Shown piece after piece: positions 1 through 9,397 of a stretch of DNA of 64,000 nt; position 1 is the stretch's first letter, and each line of letters begins with the position of its first letter. Made by a program: the position numbers and the translations under genes. A model generated the notes under the pieces. The model did not search any database and was not told the origin of the DNA. It saw nothing but the letters and a program-made list of their open reading frames with translations. This DNA comes from Savitreella phatthalungensis. Its lineage: Eukaryota. The stretch covers positions 62,001 to 126,000 of the forward strand of contig AP039705.1 in the NCBI GenBank assembly GCA_051599415.1, given 5' to 3'.

Positions 1-175
1 CAGGACCTCCGATGCCGTGATCGCCCATAGCGTTGCTACCCAGAGCACCGCCGCCAGACCCTCCCATGCCGTGATCGCCCATAGCGTTGCCAGCGGGACC
101 TCCGATGCCGGGGCCGCCCATAGCGTTGCCACCAGGTCCTGTCAAGCCATGATCGCCCATGGCATTGCCACCAAA
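1..175 (-). repeat. Coding tandem repeat (GNAMGDHG-like units)
   Basis: Four imperfect copies of the + strand core gatcgcccatagcgttgc between 17 and 170. Confidence 0.85.
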
Positions 176-811
176 TCCTCCGACGTCACCAGTTCCGTTC
201 TGACATCGCTCCTGCTCCCCGCGACCGACGGGACCCGGCGCTTGCGCACTTTTCACATCGCGCTTCCACCAGTCGATTCCCGTGATGATGGGATCGACCA
301 CGGCGAGGGTCCAGGTAGGGTCGATTTCGGAGAGCCCTGTGTAGAGGATGGCTCTGTCGTTGGTGCGGTCGCGGGATGCTTCGGGGGTTGACGACGGCGG
401 GCCAGCGATGATGTAGTCGATCTGTGGTCGAGTCAGGTTGGATGCCATGATCATCTGCCGGTCGTCTTCGTTCAGCGACCATAGCAACAGCGCAGCGTAC
501 ATCTCCGCAGCCTCCCACGGAGACATCGTGTACGCGATATCGTCAGATCCGCCGCCGTCAGAAGCGTCTGTCAGATCGAGGTCGTTAGGGAGAGCCGTGT
601 CCGTTGTGTTCAAAGACCCGGACATGGTCGATACCGGGGTAGAAACCGATGTCGGCGTGGACGAGGTGGTGATGGACTTGAGATCGGTCATTGTCCTGGG
701 AGTGGGCGTGGGCGTTGAGATCATGTTCGCCACAGACTTGCTCGGGGAATCGTTGAGTGGAATAGCAAAGGCGGTCCCAAAAGAGACTGCAAGGAAGACG
801 GCAGCTCGCAT
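1..811 (-). CDS. Secreted Ser/Thr-rich then Gly-rich repeat protein, 3' end outside window
   Basis: Absent from the ORF track because there is no stop in the window. Manual translation from ATG 811: MRAAVFLAVSFGTAFAIPLND (signal peptide), S/T/P-rich tract, acidic middle, WWKRD dibasic site, then GGNAMGDHGLTGPGGNAMGGPGIGGPAGNAMGDHGMGG...SNAMGDHGIGGP running off the edge. Confidence 0.8.
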   Translation of the reverse strand, partial: MRAAVFLAVSFGTAFAIPLNDSPSKSVANMISTPTPTPRTMTDLKSITTSSTPTSVSTPVSTMSGSLNTTDTALPNDLDLTDASDGGGSDDIAYTMSPWEAAEMYAALLLWSLNEDDRQMIMASNLTRPQIDYIIAGPPSSTPEASRDRTNDRAILYTGLSEIDPTWTLAVVDPIITGIDWWKRDVKSAQAPGPVGRGEQERCQNGTGDVGGFGGNAMGDHGLTGPGGNAMGGPGIGGPAGNAMGDHGMGGSGGGALGSNAMGDHGIGGP

Positions 812-1009
812 GACGAAAGGCGTCTTAGGCAACAGACAAGGGCGATCACGACAGGCTTAAGTAGGATGTTGGAAAGGGCACATGGCAAACAAACATCAGT
901 CTTGGTTGTTTGCGCTCATATACATTGCTAGTAGTCTTGTGTTGTAGATGGATTGTAAGGAAGTGCCTCAGAAAGATGAAGTGGCGTGACAATTATTCTT
1001 GGCTCCAGA

Positions 1010-2425
1010 CTATGGCCGTCTGAAGTAGTCAAACAGCTCATTCGCGAACCACTTCGAGGGGTTGTCGACCAGTCTGGCGTAGATGTCACCTGCAAGGAAG
1101 CAGACAGGTGTCATGATGGCAAAGACGACGAGCTGAGCGAGCGGTCTGGCCATGTGGCCGTCCGCAACAAATGCCACGTACAGGCGTACGCCTGCAGAGT
1201 ACATAAGAATACCCTGGGTGAGGAAGAGTCCAAAGCTGATCCGGCCGAGGTAGCGGAAGACCGGGTTGGCAAAGAAGCGCTGGACGCCAGGCATTGCCTC
1301 GACGATCAGGAAAATGCCGACGAGCATGAACCAGGTGGAAGCGCGCTGTTGGGGCTGGTTGACAGAGAAGTCCCGGTTCAAACCGCCGCCGTAGATTGGC
1401 GTGTGGAAGACTAGCTCATTGTTGATCTTGTTAGGCTCTGCGACCTCGTACACGTACTTGAGGACGATGCCGATAGCAAGTGAGAGGAGCGGAAGGACGA
1501 GGAAGGGCAGCTTGCGCGAGGTCTTTGGGAGCGAGAAGCCGTTCGACAGCCTGGCATTGAGGTTGTGTGAGGTGGCGAGCTCGGCCAAGATAAGACCGGT
1601 GACGCCGTACCAGGCCCAAGAAGTCAACCACCAGGACAAGGCGGAGAAGAGGATAAGTCCCCAGAAGCGCCAGTACTTTGTCGTGTAGGGAATCATGATT
1701 GCGAGCATGTAGACTGTGTAGGACTGCTGGTAGACGACAGACACGATCCACAGCTGTTCGGTCGGGAAGGCCTTGACACCTGCCTGGAGTCCGTCGATCC
1801 ACCAGAAAATGTTGAAGCTGGCATTGAACCACTGGAGAGCAGAGTCGAGCGGGTATGGCTCCTCGATGACCTTGTTGCCGAGCTCGTCCCTGAGTCGAGC
1901 AATAGCCTTGTAAGCTCCAGCCTTCTCCGTGATGACCACGAGGGCGAGTGTGACGATGACGGGGACGAAGAGACGGATGCCCCTTCGGAAAAGGGTGCCG
2001 GCCATGGAGATCGAGTCCTTGTTTGTCAGGAAACGGATGCAGCAGATGCGTGTTGCGAGAATGACGAAAGCTCCAGCCTGGAGAGAGCCGTCCCAGAAGA
2101 TGGGCGACAGGATCTCTCGCAAGACAGACTCGTACCGTGGGGACGTTCCGTTCTTCTGAAGGCCTTCGAATGTGGCTCCTGGAACGATGACCCGGAGGAA
2201 GACCCAAAGGAATGCCTCAAATGCGAATACTCCCTTGAGACCTTCGAGGTAGCCAACACACGCCTGAGCCTGTTCTGGCTGCCTGTACACATCCCACCCT
2301 CCGAAGATTCGGCCTAGCTTGCCTTGTTCTTTCGTGTCGCCAATCTCTGCGCCGACGAAATCACTGTCGTCTAGCTCCTGGTTATTGTTGTCCTGTCCAT
2401 CGACGAGACGCGCGGCGGCAGACAT
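1010..2425 (-). CDS. Acyltransferase-3 (OafA-like) multi-pass membrane protein with degenerate motifs
   Basis: 471 aa, about 10 hydrophobic segments. YLEGLKG, RRGIRL, LWIVSVVYQ and LGRISFGLFLTQ align with AT3 blocks. Visibly paralogous to the C-terminal half of 5880..8882. Confidence 0.8.
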   Translation of the reverse strand: MSAAARLVDGQDNNNQELDDSDFVGAEIGDTKEQGKLGRIFGGWDVYRQPEQAQACVGYLEGLKGVFAFEAFLWVFLRVIVPGATFEGLQKNGTSPRYESVLREILSPIFWDGSLQAGAFVILATRICCIRFLTNKDSISMAGTLFRRGIRLFVPVIVTLALVVITEKAGAYKAIARLRDELGNKVIEEPYPLDSALQWFNASFNIFWWIDGLQAGVKAFPTEQLWIVSVVYQQSYTVYMLAIMIPYTTKYWRFWGLILFSALSWWLTSWAWYGVTGLILAELATSHNLNARLSNGFSLPKTSRKLPFLVLPLLSLAIGIVLKYVYEVAEPNKINNELVFHTPIYGGGLNRDFSVNQPQQRASTWFMLVGIFLIVEAMPGVQRFFANPVFRYLGRISFGLFLTQGILMYSAGVRLYVAFVADGHMARPLAQLVVFAIMTPVCFLAGDIYARLVDNPSKWFANELFDYFRRP

Positions 2426-3892
2426 GATATATGCCGTTCACAGAAAGAGCGTCTCTTGTGGTGTGCTGAGGCGGAGTCCTTCGAGTATGTGTTAGGTTTT
2501 GAAAATGTTGTGTCAGGACGCGAACGAACTTGTATGCGTATATGTCTCGGTCTCGTTCTCGATCTCGGCACTAGCGTCGATGTCCCTGACAGGTGAGCAG
2601 GAGCTTGGCTGAAGCTGGCTGACCTTTGACGATACCCTAGACCTCGATAGTTCGATATCGATGCCTCTTATTTTTGGAAGAAAGGTATCGAGTATCGAGA
2701 AACCGATCGCTTAGCTCTTCCACGCACGAGTGACTAACCAGCCATAGGCTCGACAACACGTCTGCCCTCTACTCTGGAATCTTGATGTAGTGTATTCGAC
2801 TGCGGTCAGCTGAGCTACAAGAATCGAGACTTCCAAAGGCAGGCGAGTGAGCTTCTGAAGACCCGTTTGAGCGACTGTGGAGTAGAGTGGCAGATTTCAA
2901 TTCCCTATTCCCATGACCGTTGTATCTCTGCGGTTCTGTGTGTGAGCTCGAGTCGTTCAGGACTGTCATAGACTGAGGTCGATAGTAGAGGCTTGTTCCT
3001 TGTGCGAGTGGTATTGGCTGGTTTCCCGATTCGATCGACACGTGTAGATCTGACGTACGATTATCAAATTGAGCAGTTGACCTGGCACAGATTAAAAAAG
3101 ATAGTGTTTCAAAGCTGGATGTCGAAAACGGTAATCACCCGCCTTCTCGTACGAGATTCACCGTGTAATCATCCAAATCCATGCAGGCTAATAGACCGAG
3201 TACTCAACTATGTGACTTGGGAAGATGGAACTTGGAAGAGGAGGCTCGAATGGACGGAGGAATTCTGATGGAGATGGCCTGGACCGTCAGCGTGGTCCGC
3301 AAGGTCGATCTTCCCTGTCTAGTCACTGCTCTTCGTCTCTTCCCAGTTCAGCTGTGGCTGTTGAACTTCCCGCGGGCTCAATACTGTTTGAGGGTCGGAG
3401 GTTCTGGTGACCCATACGATTGAGCTGTCGCTTGGGGTCAATACCATCTTCCTTGCAGAAGTCGATATGTAGATCCAGCCAGAGGTTGCATAAACCGTGG
3501 TTGCGGAAAGTGGAGAGGAGGAAATCTCAGAGAGGTTCCCGATCGGGCCAAGGTGACTTGCAGAAGTGCAATGAGCCATGGTGCATGGGGAGGAAGTCGA
3601 GATCACTGCTGCCATGCGGTGTACAGCCATTCCAAGACGCTTCTGACCCTATCGCCTAATACTCAGTCACAGTCAGTGAGAGAGCCTTTGGGAGTCCACT
3701 CTAAAGCTGACCTAAGGCTGGAAGCGAGGTCGGTACGCGCGAGAACCCGTGAAAACTTCTTGGAAGCGTCCTCTTGAGAGCATATCACACGTCTTAAGAG
3801 CCAGACAACTCGTACAACCTCTCTTCACTTCAATTGTAACGACACGACATCTCCATCACCACTACACATCTCTTCCTTGAACGCACGCCCCG

Positions 3893-5593
3893 ATGGACTT
3901 TTCAAAGTTCACCGGCTCAGACAGGCTGCCGAGAGATGACGGCGCTCATGAGACGTTGTGGCAGAGAGGCGAGGACGACGGGATTGAGCTGATGCCTCAG
4001 GAAGGCGGTGCTGTGCCCGGGTCCTGGAACGCTCCTGAGCGGATTGAGTTCAGACCAGAAGGTGAATCTGAGGATGAGCCTCAGTCGCCAGAACCTGCAG
4101 CGAAAGCTGCCGGTGGACCTGCTGGATCTGATTCAGTCGAAGAGGAGACTCGGAAGCCTTCGATTCGTGAGCGGATCGTTGACAAGCTCTGGCGAGCGTC
4201 TGAGTTTGTAGAGGAGTGGACGCCATGGGCACTTCTCATCCTCTACTATGCCTACTCGATCTTCTTCTACGTCGCTCTTCCACGCACAGGCACAAAGGTT
4301 TTCTGGTACTTCTTCCTTGCCCTGTCGTTCATCGTCTCCATCACCGTCACAATTGAAGCTTCTCACTGCATCACGCCATCAAAGGACGCCCGTCGGGCCG
4401 TTCGTCGTCTCAAAGAGACAGGACACTTCCCGACCCCGGACGAGAAGCTCCCAACACTCGACCTCGTCATCGTCGCATACCTTCCCAACGAGAAGGATAT
4501 CATCAAGAAGCAGATTCGATACGCGCTGCGTGAAATCGTCTATCCGAAGGAGAAGATCACTGTCAACGTCGTCTACAACACACCGTATCCGATCGAGCCG
4601 CTCGAGACGGAACTGCAGGAGCTGATGAAGTCATACACGAACCTGAACGTTGTCAAGGTGGTCAAGTCCAAGTCAAAGGCTGACAACCTGAACCACTTCC
4701 TGGCACACGAGGGCAAGGCTGACATCATCGGAATCTACGACACTGACCACTACCCGCACCCACACGGTCCACGTTGGGCAGCCGAGCGATTCTGCCGAGG
4801 TGACGGCACGGACATTGTCCAGGGACGTTGCGTGGTGTACAACTACGATGACTCGTGGGTGACGAAGCTGATTTCCGCTGAGTTTGACATGATCTACGCC
4901 GTCTTCCACCCTGGTCGAGCGAACGAGCAAGGTTTCGGATTGTTTGGTGGCGCGAACGGTTACTGGCGTGCGTCGCTGCTGAAGCAGCTGAAGATGCAGG
5001 AGCACATGCTGACGGAGGACATCGACTCTACCCTGCGGGCGTTCGCCGCAGGTGCAAAGATGGTGCACGAGCTCAACACGGTCTCGTACGAGCAGGCGCC
5101 GTCGACCGTCAAGGCTTTCCTGAAGCAGCGTCTGAGGTGGGCTCAGGGCTGGTTCCAGGTGACGATTCGTCACGCCACCCTCGCCCTCCGCCAGGGTGCT
5201 CCTGGAGCAAACATCAAGTCCCGCGTCGGTATCTTTGTCCTCCTCGTCTTCCGCGAAGTCTTCTTCTACGTCCTCACCCAGTTCTCCTGCCTCCTGCTCG
5301 GCAACTTTGTCACCAACACCCCACGCAACATCTCCCAGGTCTACGACGCCCTGTTCGGCTACCCGCTCTCAGGCTGGCTTCTCATCTTCAACGTCGTTAC
5401 CCTCGTCGTCATCACGGGCTTCACCATGCGTAACCGCTCAGAGTTCACTTCACCTTGGATCATCGCAGTCTACGGCGCCTTCATGCCAGTCTACTTCACC
5501 ATCCTAGCATCCCTTGGTCTCTTCTCACACGCAAGAGAACTCATCGCCTACTCATCCTGGAACCCAACCGCCCGAACGGCCAAGAAGACCTAG
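3893..5593 (+). CDS. Processive family-2 glycosyltransferase (polysaccharide synthase-like)
   Basis: 566 aa. Two N-terminal TM segments, KADNLN, DTD (DxD), LTEDID and QRLRW (D,D,D,QxxRW signature), then several C-terminal TM segments. Confidence 0.9.
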   Translation: MDFSKFTGSDRLPRDDGAHETLWQRGEDDGIELMPQEGGAVPGSWNAPERIEFRPEGESEDEPQSPEPAAKAAGGPAGSDSVEEETRKPSIRERIVDKLWRASEFVEEWTPWALLILYYAYSIFFYVALPRTGTKVFWYFFLALSFIVSITVTIEASHCITPSKDARRAVRRLKETGHFPTPDEKLPTLDLVIVAYLPNEKDIIKKQIRYALREIVYPKEKITVNVVYNTPYPIEPLETELQELMKSYTNLNVVKVVKSKSKADNLNHFLAHEGKADIIGIYDTDHYPHPHGPRWAAERFCRGDGTDIVQGRCVVYNYDDSWVTKLISAEFDMIYAVFHPGRANEQGFGLFGGANGYWRASLLKQLKMQEHMLTEDIDSTLRAFAAGAKMVHELNTVSYEQAPSTVKAFLKQRLRWAQGWFQVTIRHATLALRQGAPGANIKSRVGIFVLLVFREVFFYVLTQFSCLLLGNFVTNTPRNISQVYDALFGYPLSGWLLIFNVVTLVVITGFTMRNRSEFTSPWIIAVYGAFMPVYFTILASLGLFSHARELIAYSSWNPTARTAKKT

Positions 5594-5879
5594 AGATCAC
5601 ATTAGGATCCAGATTTTCCTTTACAGCTTATTATACTATATCTCCTTACCTTACCTGCCATTTATTCTAGGCGTGCGTGTGAAGTGATGTACTGACTAGG
5701 TTGACTGTATCGAGTCGTGTTGTCGTTGTTCATATCATCTTCGTCTAGGACAGTACAAGGACCAGAGGAGGTGAGACGGGGAACGAGTGAGAGAGAGAGA
5801 TATGAAAGAATGTGAGAAAAAAATACGAACTCTGTCTTGTGTGTGTATAAGCTTGTGAGTGATTTGACGTCAAGAGAAC

Positions 5880-8800
5880 TCAAAGGATTGTGGCGAAGAA
5901 GGCACGTCCCTGGGCCCATCTCCACAGTGCTGTTGAACCCTTCATCATGAAGACGTCTGCGAATGGTGACCAGACGTAGCAGGCTGCGGTGAGGACGAGG
6001 TAGGAGGATGTGAAGTTGACGAGCTGGTTTGCCCAGTATGGCCAGCCGAGGACGCCCAGTCTGACGGTCACCCAGGATCCCCAGGACCAGAAGACGAGGC
6101 CGTGGAGGAGGTAGACCGAGTACGAGTAGAAGCCGAGGGTGCGCAGGAATCGGATGTTGAACACCCACTGGAGTCCCGTCGACAGGTCGCAAAGCATCAG
6201 CAGACCGACCGAGCCGAAGAGCGAGAATACCTGGGGGTACTGGAATGGCGGGTATCCCCAGGAAGGGGAGTCGCGGATGGTCTTGCCAGTGAGGAGGTCT
6301 GGGTGGATACCGTACTCGTACAGCGGCAGGACGATGATGTCAAGCGACTGGAGGTAGTTGACAGCGATGGAGAAGAAGACGAGGATTGTGAGGATTGAGA
6401 CGACGAGGATCTTGCGTGGTCCCATCGGTCCAACCCATGCACGGTACTTGAGCTGGAAGTCGAGGTCGCAGATGGCGAGACCTGCCCAGAAGAAGTATCC
6501 CCAAGAAAGTGCGTACCACGACAGGAGCATGCACACGCCGTAGTAGACAAAGCGCTTGTGCGGGTTCTTGATCTCCTTGACGACAATCACACCCAGGAAG
6601 ATGAGCCAGGAGCCCTGGATGGTGACTGGAATGGTCCAGAGCACACCGGTGCAGTAGTTGTAGATGATCTGGGGCAGCTGCGGCGGCGTTACCCACATCA
6701 ATGCAAGGAACTCGTTGAAGAAGTAGCCGGGGTTTCTGAAAGGTGCAGCGTATGGCCAGTTCGACCACGTAATTGCCGGCATGAACTTGAGCCACATCGT
6801 CGCCCCGACCGCGAGCAGGAAGTACGTGAGGACGACGGCGACAAGCACGGGGAATGCGAGACGCGGCACACGTCTGAAGGTAGCGCCAGCCAAGTCAGCG
6901 AGGAGACCGTTCTTCAGGTATCGGATACCGATGAGACGTGAAGAGAGCACGAAGAAGACTCCGATACCGAAGTTGGCAGTGAAGAAGATCGGGGCAATGG
7001 TGATGCGAATCCAGTTGACAAAGCCGTAGTGGTCGAACTTGGGGTTGTCTGGCGTCACGAATCCGTGGTAGAACGAGAGGGAGTAGTGGACCAGAGAGAC
7101 GAGAAGACAGCAAAGTCCACGAAGACCGTCGAGGTAGTCAATACGGTTGTTGGCCTTGATGACTTCCTGCTTGACCTCCTGCTTGTCAACCTGCTTACCC
7201 ATGAAGAATCGCCTGAACCAGGAGTTCTGTGGACGAGGAGTGTCGAGCGTCCTGTAGACACCCTTCTCTTCGCCCTCGGGAATTTCCTTCATCGCAGCTG
7301 CAAAAGCTACGCCTTCCTGGTCACGCTGCTCCTGATCGAGGGACTCGCGCTGAGGCAAATTCTCGTATTCCTCGTCGGCCTCACGGTCAATCTCGTCCTC
7401 GTCCTGGTCGTTCATCAGACGCTCATCCTGCTCTTCATCCTCCTCGTCGTCCTGCGCCTGTGCGAGCTTCGACTTGGGCTTGGACGCGCCAGGACGTGAA
7501 TAGTACATGGTCGGAATGGCTGCTGCGATAATCTTGGAGTTTCGACTGCCAGAAAGCGAGGAGAATCCACGAACGCTGCCTCCGGCGTCTGTTGACACGA
7601 AAGAGGTGAGCGAAGCCGTTTCTGGGTCAATTTCGCGGGAGCGAATGACGGGCGAGGCGTCGAGACCAGTCTTCTTCGGGTTCTTCTTCTCAGCCTTCTC
7701 ATTCCGCTTCTTCTCCTTGATCATCTCGCGCGTCAGCTCGCCGTGAAGGGCAAATCTGTCGAGCTTGTATGCGTAGGCAGGTGGGTGGACCGGTCGAAGC
7801 TCCTTCGGCACTGAGTAGAACTTGTAAAGTCTGCGGAAGATGGCATGGATGACGATGAGGAGGAAGAGGACACCAGCGACGGCGACGCCGTAAATGGACC
7901 ACTTGGGCGCCTTGTACGGCCGGATGTCTTGCATCCAGCGCTTTGCGGAGTCTGCCGTGAAGGTCGAGGACCCACGCAGAGTGTTGTCGTCTGTGGAGCA
8001 CGTGGGTGTCTGAAGGATGCGGCACTGTGCGCCGAAGTTGTCGTCTGTGCTGGAGATGGTTGAGTTGAAGAAAATACGGATGTATCCAACCTCTGCAAAG
8101 GTGTCTGCCATCGGCGGACCTTGCGTGGTCGCACCACCGGTTGCCCAGTGCTTGAAGTAGATCGGTCCAGGAGCGGATGGCATACCGTGCGTGTACTGGC
8201 TACGAGTCAAGTTCCAGCTAGCTGTGTGGTTGAGCGAGCTGAAGTAGTTGACACGGTCACGTGTCCAGTCGATTCGCCACTCATTCTTCTCGTACACCTT
8301 TGCTGTGTCTTGGGAGACATTGTAGAAGGTGTAGTTGTAGGGGTTGAGGGAGACGCGGGGCATGGAGACACGGTAGTTGACGGTGGAGGCAGCGGGTGTA
8401 TTGCCAGTCACGACGTCGAGAGAGATACTTTGGGAGACGTTGAAGTGGTAGTACATGGACATGGCCGAACCGCCGACACCGTACATCGGTGCGGGCTGCA
8501 TGTAAGCGCGGATGGAAGCGTACTGAATGTCCTGACGTGTCGTCCGCAGACCACTACCGACCGAGACGTGGTTTGGCTGTGCTGCGGAGAGGACCATGCG
8601 GAGAGCAGAGTCCGTCAGACCAAGGTTGCTCGGGTAGCAAGCTTGTCTGAAGGTAGCGTCATACCCATCCTCGTAGATGTTTGTAAAATTAAGAGAGATA
8701 AAGTCCGGTGTCGAGGCGATCTGGTCGGGCGTGGTCTCGTTGAAATAGATGATGGTTGAGTCCGTCCAGAGATCTCCCGTCACAGGGTCGAGGAAACCGC

Positions 8801-8882
8801 AAGCGCAGTCTGTGTTGACGGCGAAGGCTCTGCCGAGAAGGCCCAAAGCGAGCGCTCCTGCTCCTGCTCCGAGCCCGAGCAT
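5880..8882 (-). CDS. Fusion: signal peptide + GH16-like beta-sandwich + TM + acidic linker + acyltransferase-3
   Basis: 1000 aa. Signal MLGLGAGAGALALGLLGRAFA. GH16-like blocks CACGF, DIQYASIRAYM, EWRIDWTRDRVNYF, PSAPGPIYFKHW. TM WSIYGVAVAGVLFLLIVIHAIF. AT3 motifs IDYLDGLRG..H, FFVLSSR, RRVPRL, LWTIPV, LGFYSYSVYLLH. Confidence 0.85.
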   Translation of the reverse strand: MLGLGAGAGALALGLLGRAFAVNTDCACGFLDPVTGDLWTDSTIIYFNETTPDQIASTPDFISLNFTNIYEDGYDATFRQACYPSNLGLTDSALRMVLSAAQPNHVSVGSGLRTTRQDIQYASIRAYMQPAPMYGVGGSAMSMYYHFNVSQSISLDVVTGNTPAASTVNYRVSMPRVSLNPYNYTFYNVSQDTAKVYEKNEWRIDWTRDRVNYFSSLNHTASWNLTRSQYTHGMPSAPGPIYFKHWATGGATTQGPPMADTFAEVGYIRIFFNSTISSTDDNFGAQCRILQTPTCSTDDNTLRGSSTFTADSAKRWMQDIRPYKAPKWSIYGVAVAGVLFLLIVIHAIFRRLYKFYSVPKELRPVHPPAYAYKLDRFALHGELTREMIKEKKRNEKAEKKNPKKTGLDASPVIRSREIDPETASLTSFVSTDAGGSVRGFSSLSGSRNSKIIAAAIPTMYYSRPGASKPKSKLAQAQDDEEDEEQDERLMNDQDEDEIDREADEEYENLPQRESLDQEQRDQEGVAFAAAMKEIPEGEEKGVYRTLDTPRPQNSWFRRFFMGKQVDKQEVKQEVIKANNRIDYLDGLRGLCCLLVSLVHYSLSFYHGFVTPDNPKFDHYGFVNWIRITIAPIFFTANFGIGVFFVLSSRLIGIRYLKNGLLADLAGATFRRVPRLAFPVLVAVVLTYFLLAVGATMWLKFMPAITWSNWPYAAPFRNPGYFFNEFLALMWVTPPQLPQIIYNYCTGVLWTIPVTIQGSWLIFLGVIVVKEIKNPHKRFVYYGVCMLLSWYALSWGYFFWAGLAICDLDFQLKYRAWVGPMGPRKILVVSILTILVFFSIAVNYLQSLDIIVLPLYEYGIHPDLLTGKTIRDSPSWGYPPFQYPQVFSLFGSVGLLMLCDLSTGLQWVFNIRFLRTLGFYSYSVYLLHGLVFWSWGSWVTVRLGVLGWPYWANQLVNFTSSYLVLTAACYVWSPFADVFMMKGSTALWRWAQGRAFFATIL

Positions 8883-9339
8883 CGTTTCAGCAGTTCCTTG
8901 AGGGGATCGATGGTCTAGTTATCCAGGAGTTCTGTCCTGTCTTATGACCGTGCCCCTGTTCGAAGGGATGTGGAACGCTGGTTGTCGAGTGTCGTGATGT
9001 CTTGGACTTAAGAAAACGTCTGATGAATGTGGAGCGTGGTATGAGTATATCAAGGTTGTCTGAGACACTGGTCTGGCGTGCGTGTAGGAGTGAGGTAGAG
9101 GAGGAGAGAGACCGAGTGAGTGAGTGAGCGAGTGATGGATCGATCGAGATTCACGAAGAGTGCTGTACAGGCGAGATGGTGGATGAGGAACAGGGTAGTA
9201 TGGCTGGTTGTTTGGCCGTTGAGGATGCCTCGTGCGTGGATGGTATGAGCACGGTAATCGGTAAGCGTCGAAAGCCGTTGTGTAGTTGCCGGTTGAGTGA
9301 GCGAGCGTGTAGATTAGTCCAGGATAGTGAAGTCAGAGG

Positions 9340-9397
9340 TGGAGAAAGAGAGTGAAAGAGAGAGTCAAGAGAGAGAGAGAGAGTGTGAGAGAGGAGA
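9340..9397. repeat. GA-rich microsatellite
   Basis: gagaaagagagtgaaagagagagtcaagagagagagagagagtgtgagagagg. Confidence 0.8.

Noticed and set aside
17..860. + strand ORFs 17..391 and 438..860
   Set aside because: Antisense shadows of the minus-strand secreted repeat gene, which has a signal peptide and a continuous frame.
3181..3777. Short overlapping ORFs in the AT3/GT2 divergent gap, including S/T-rich 3319..3630 (-)
   Set aside because: No recognisable domain or signal peptide. I cannot distinguish them from promoter or UTR sequence.
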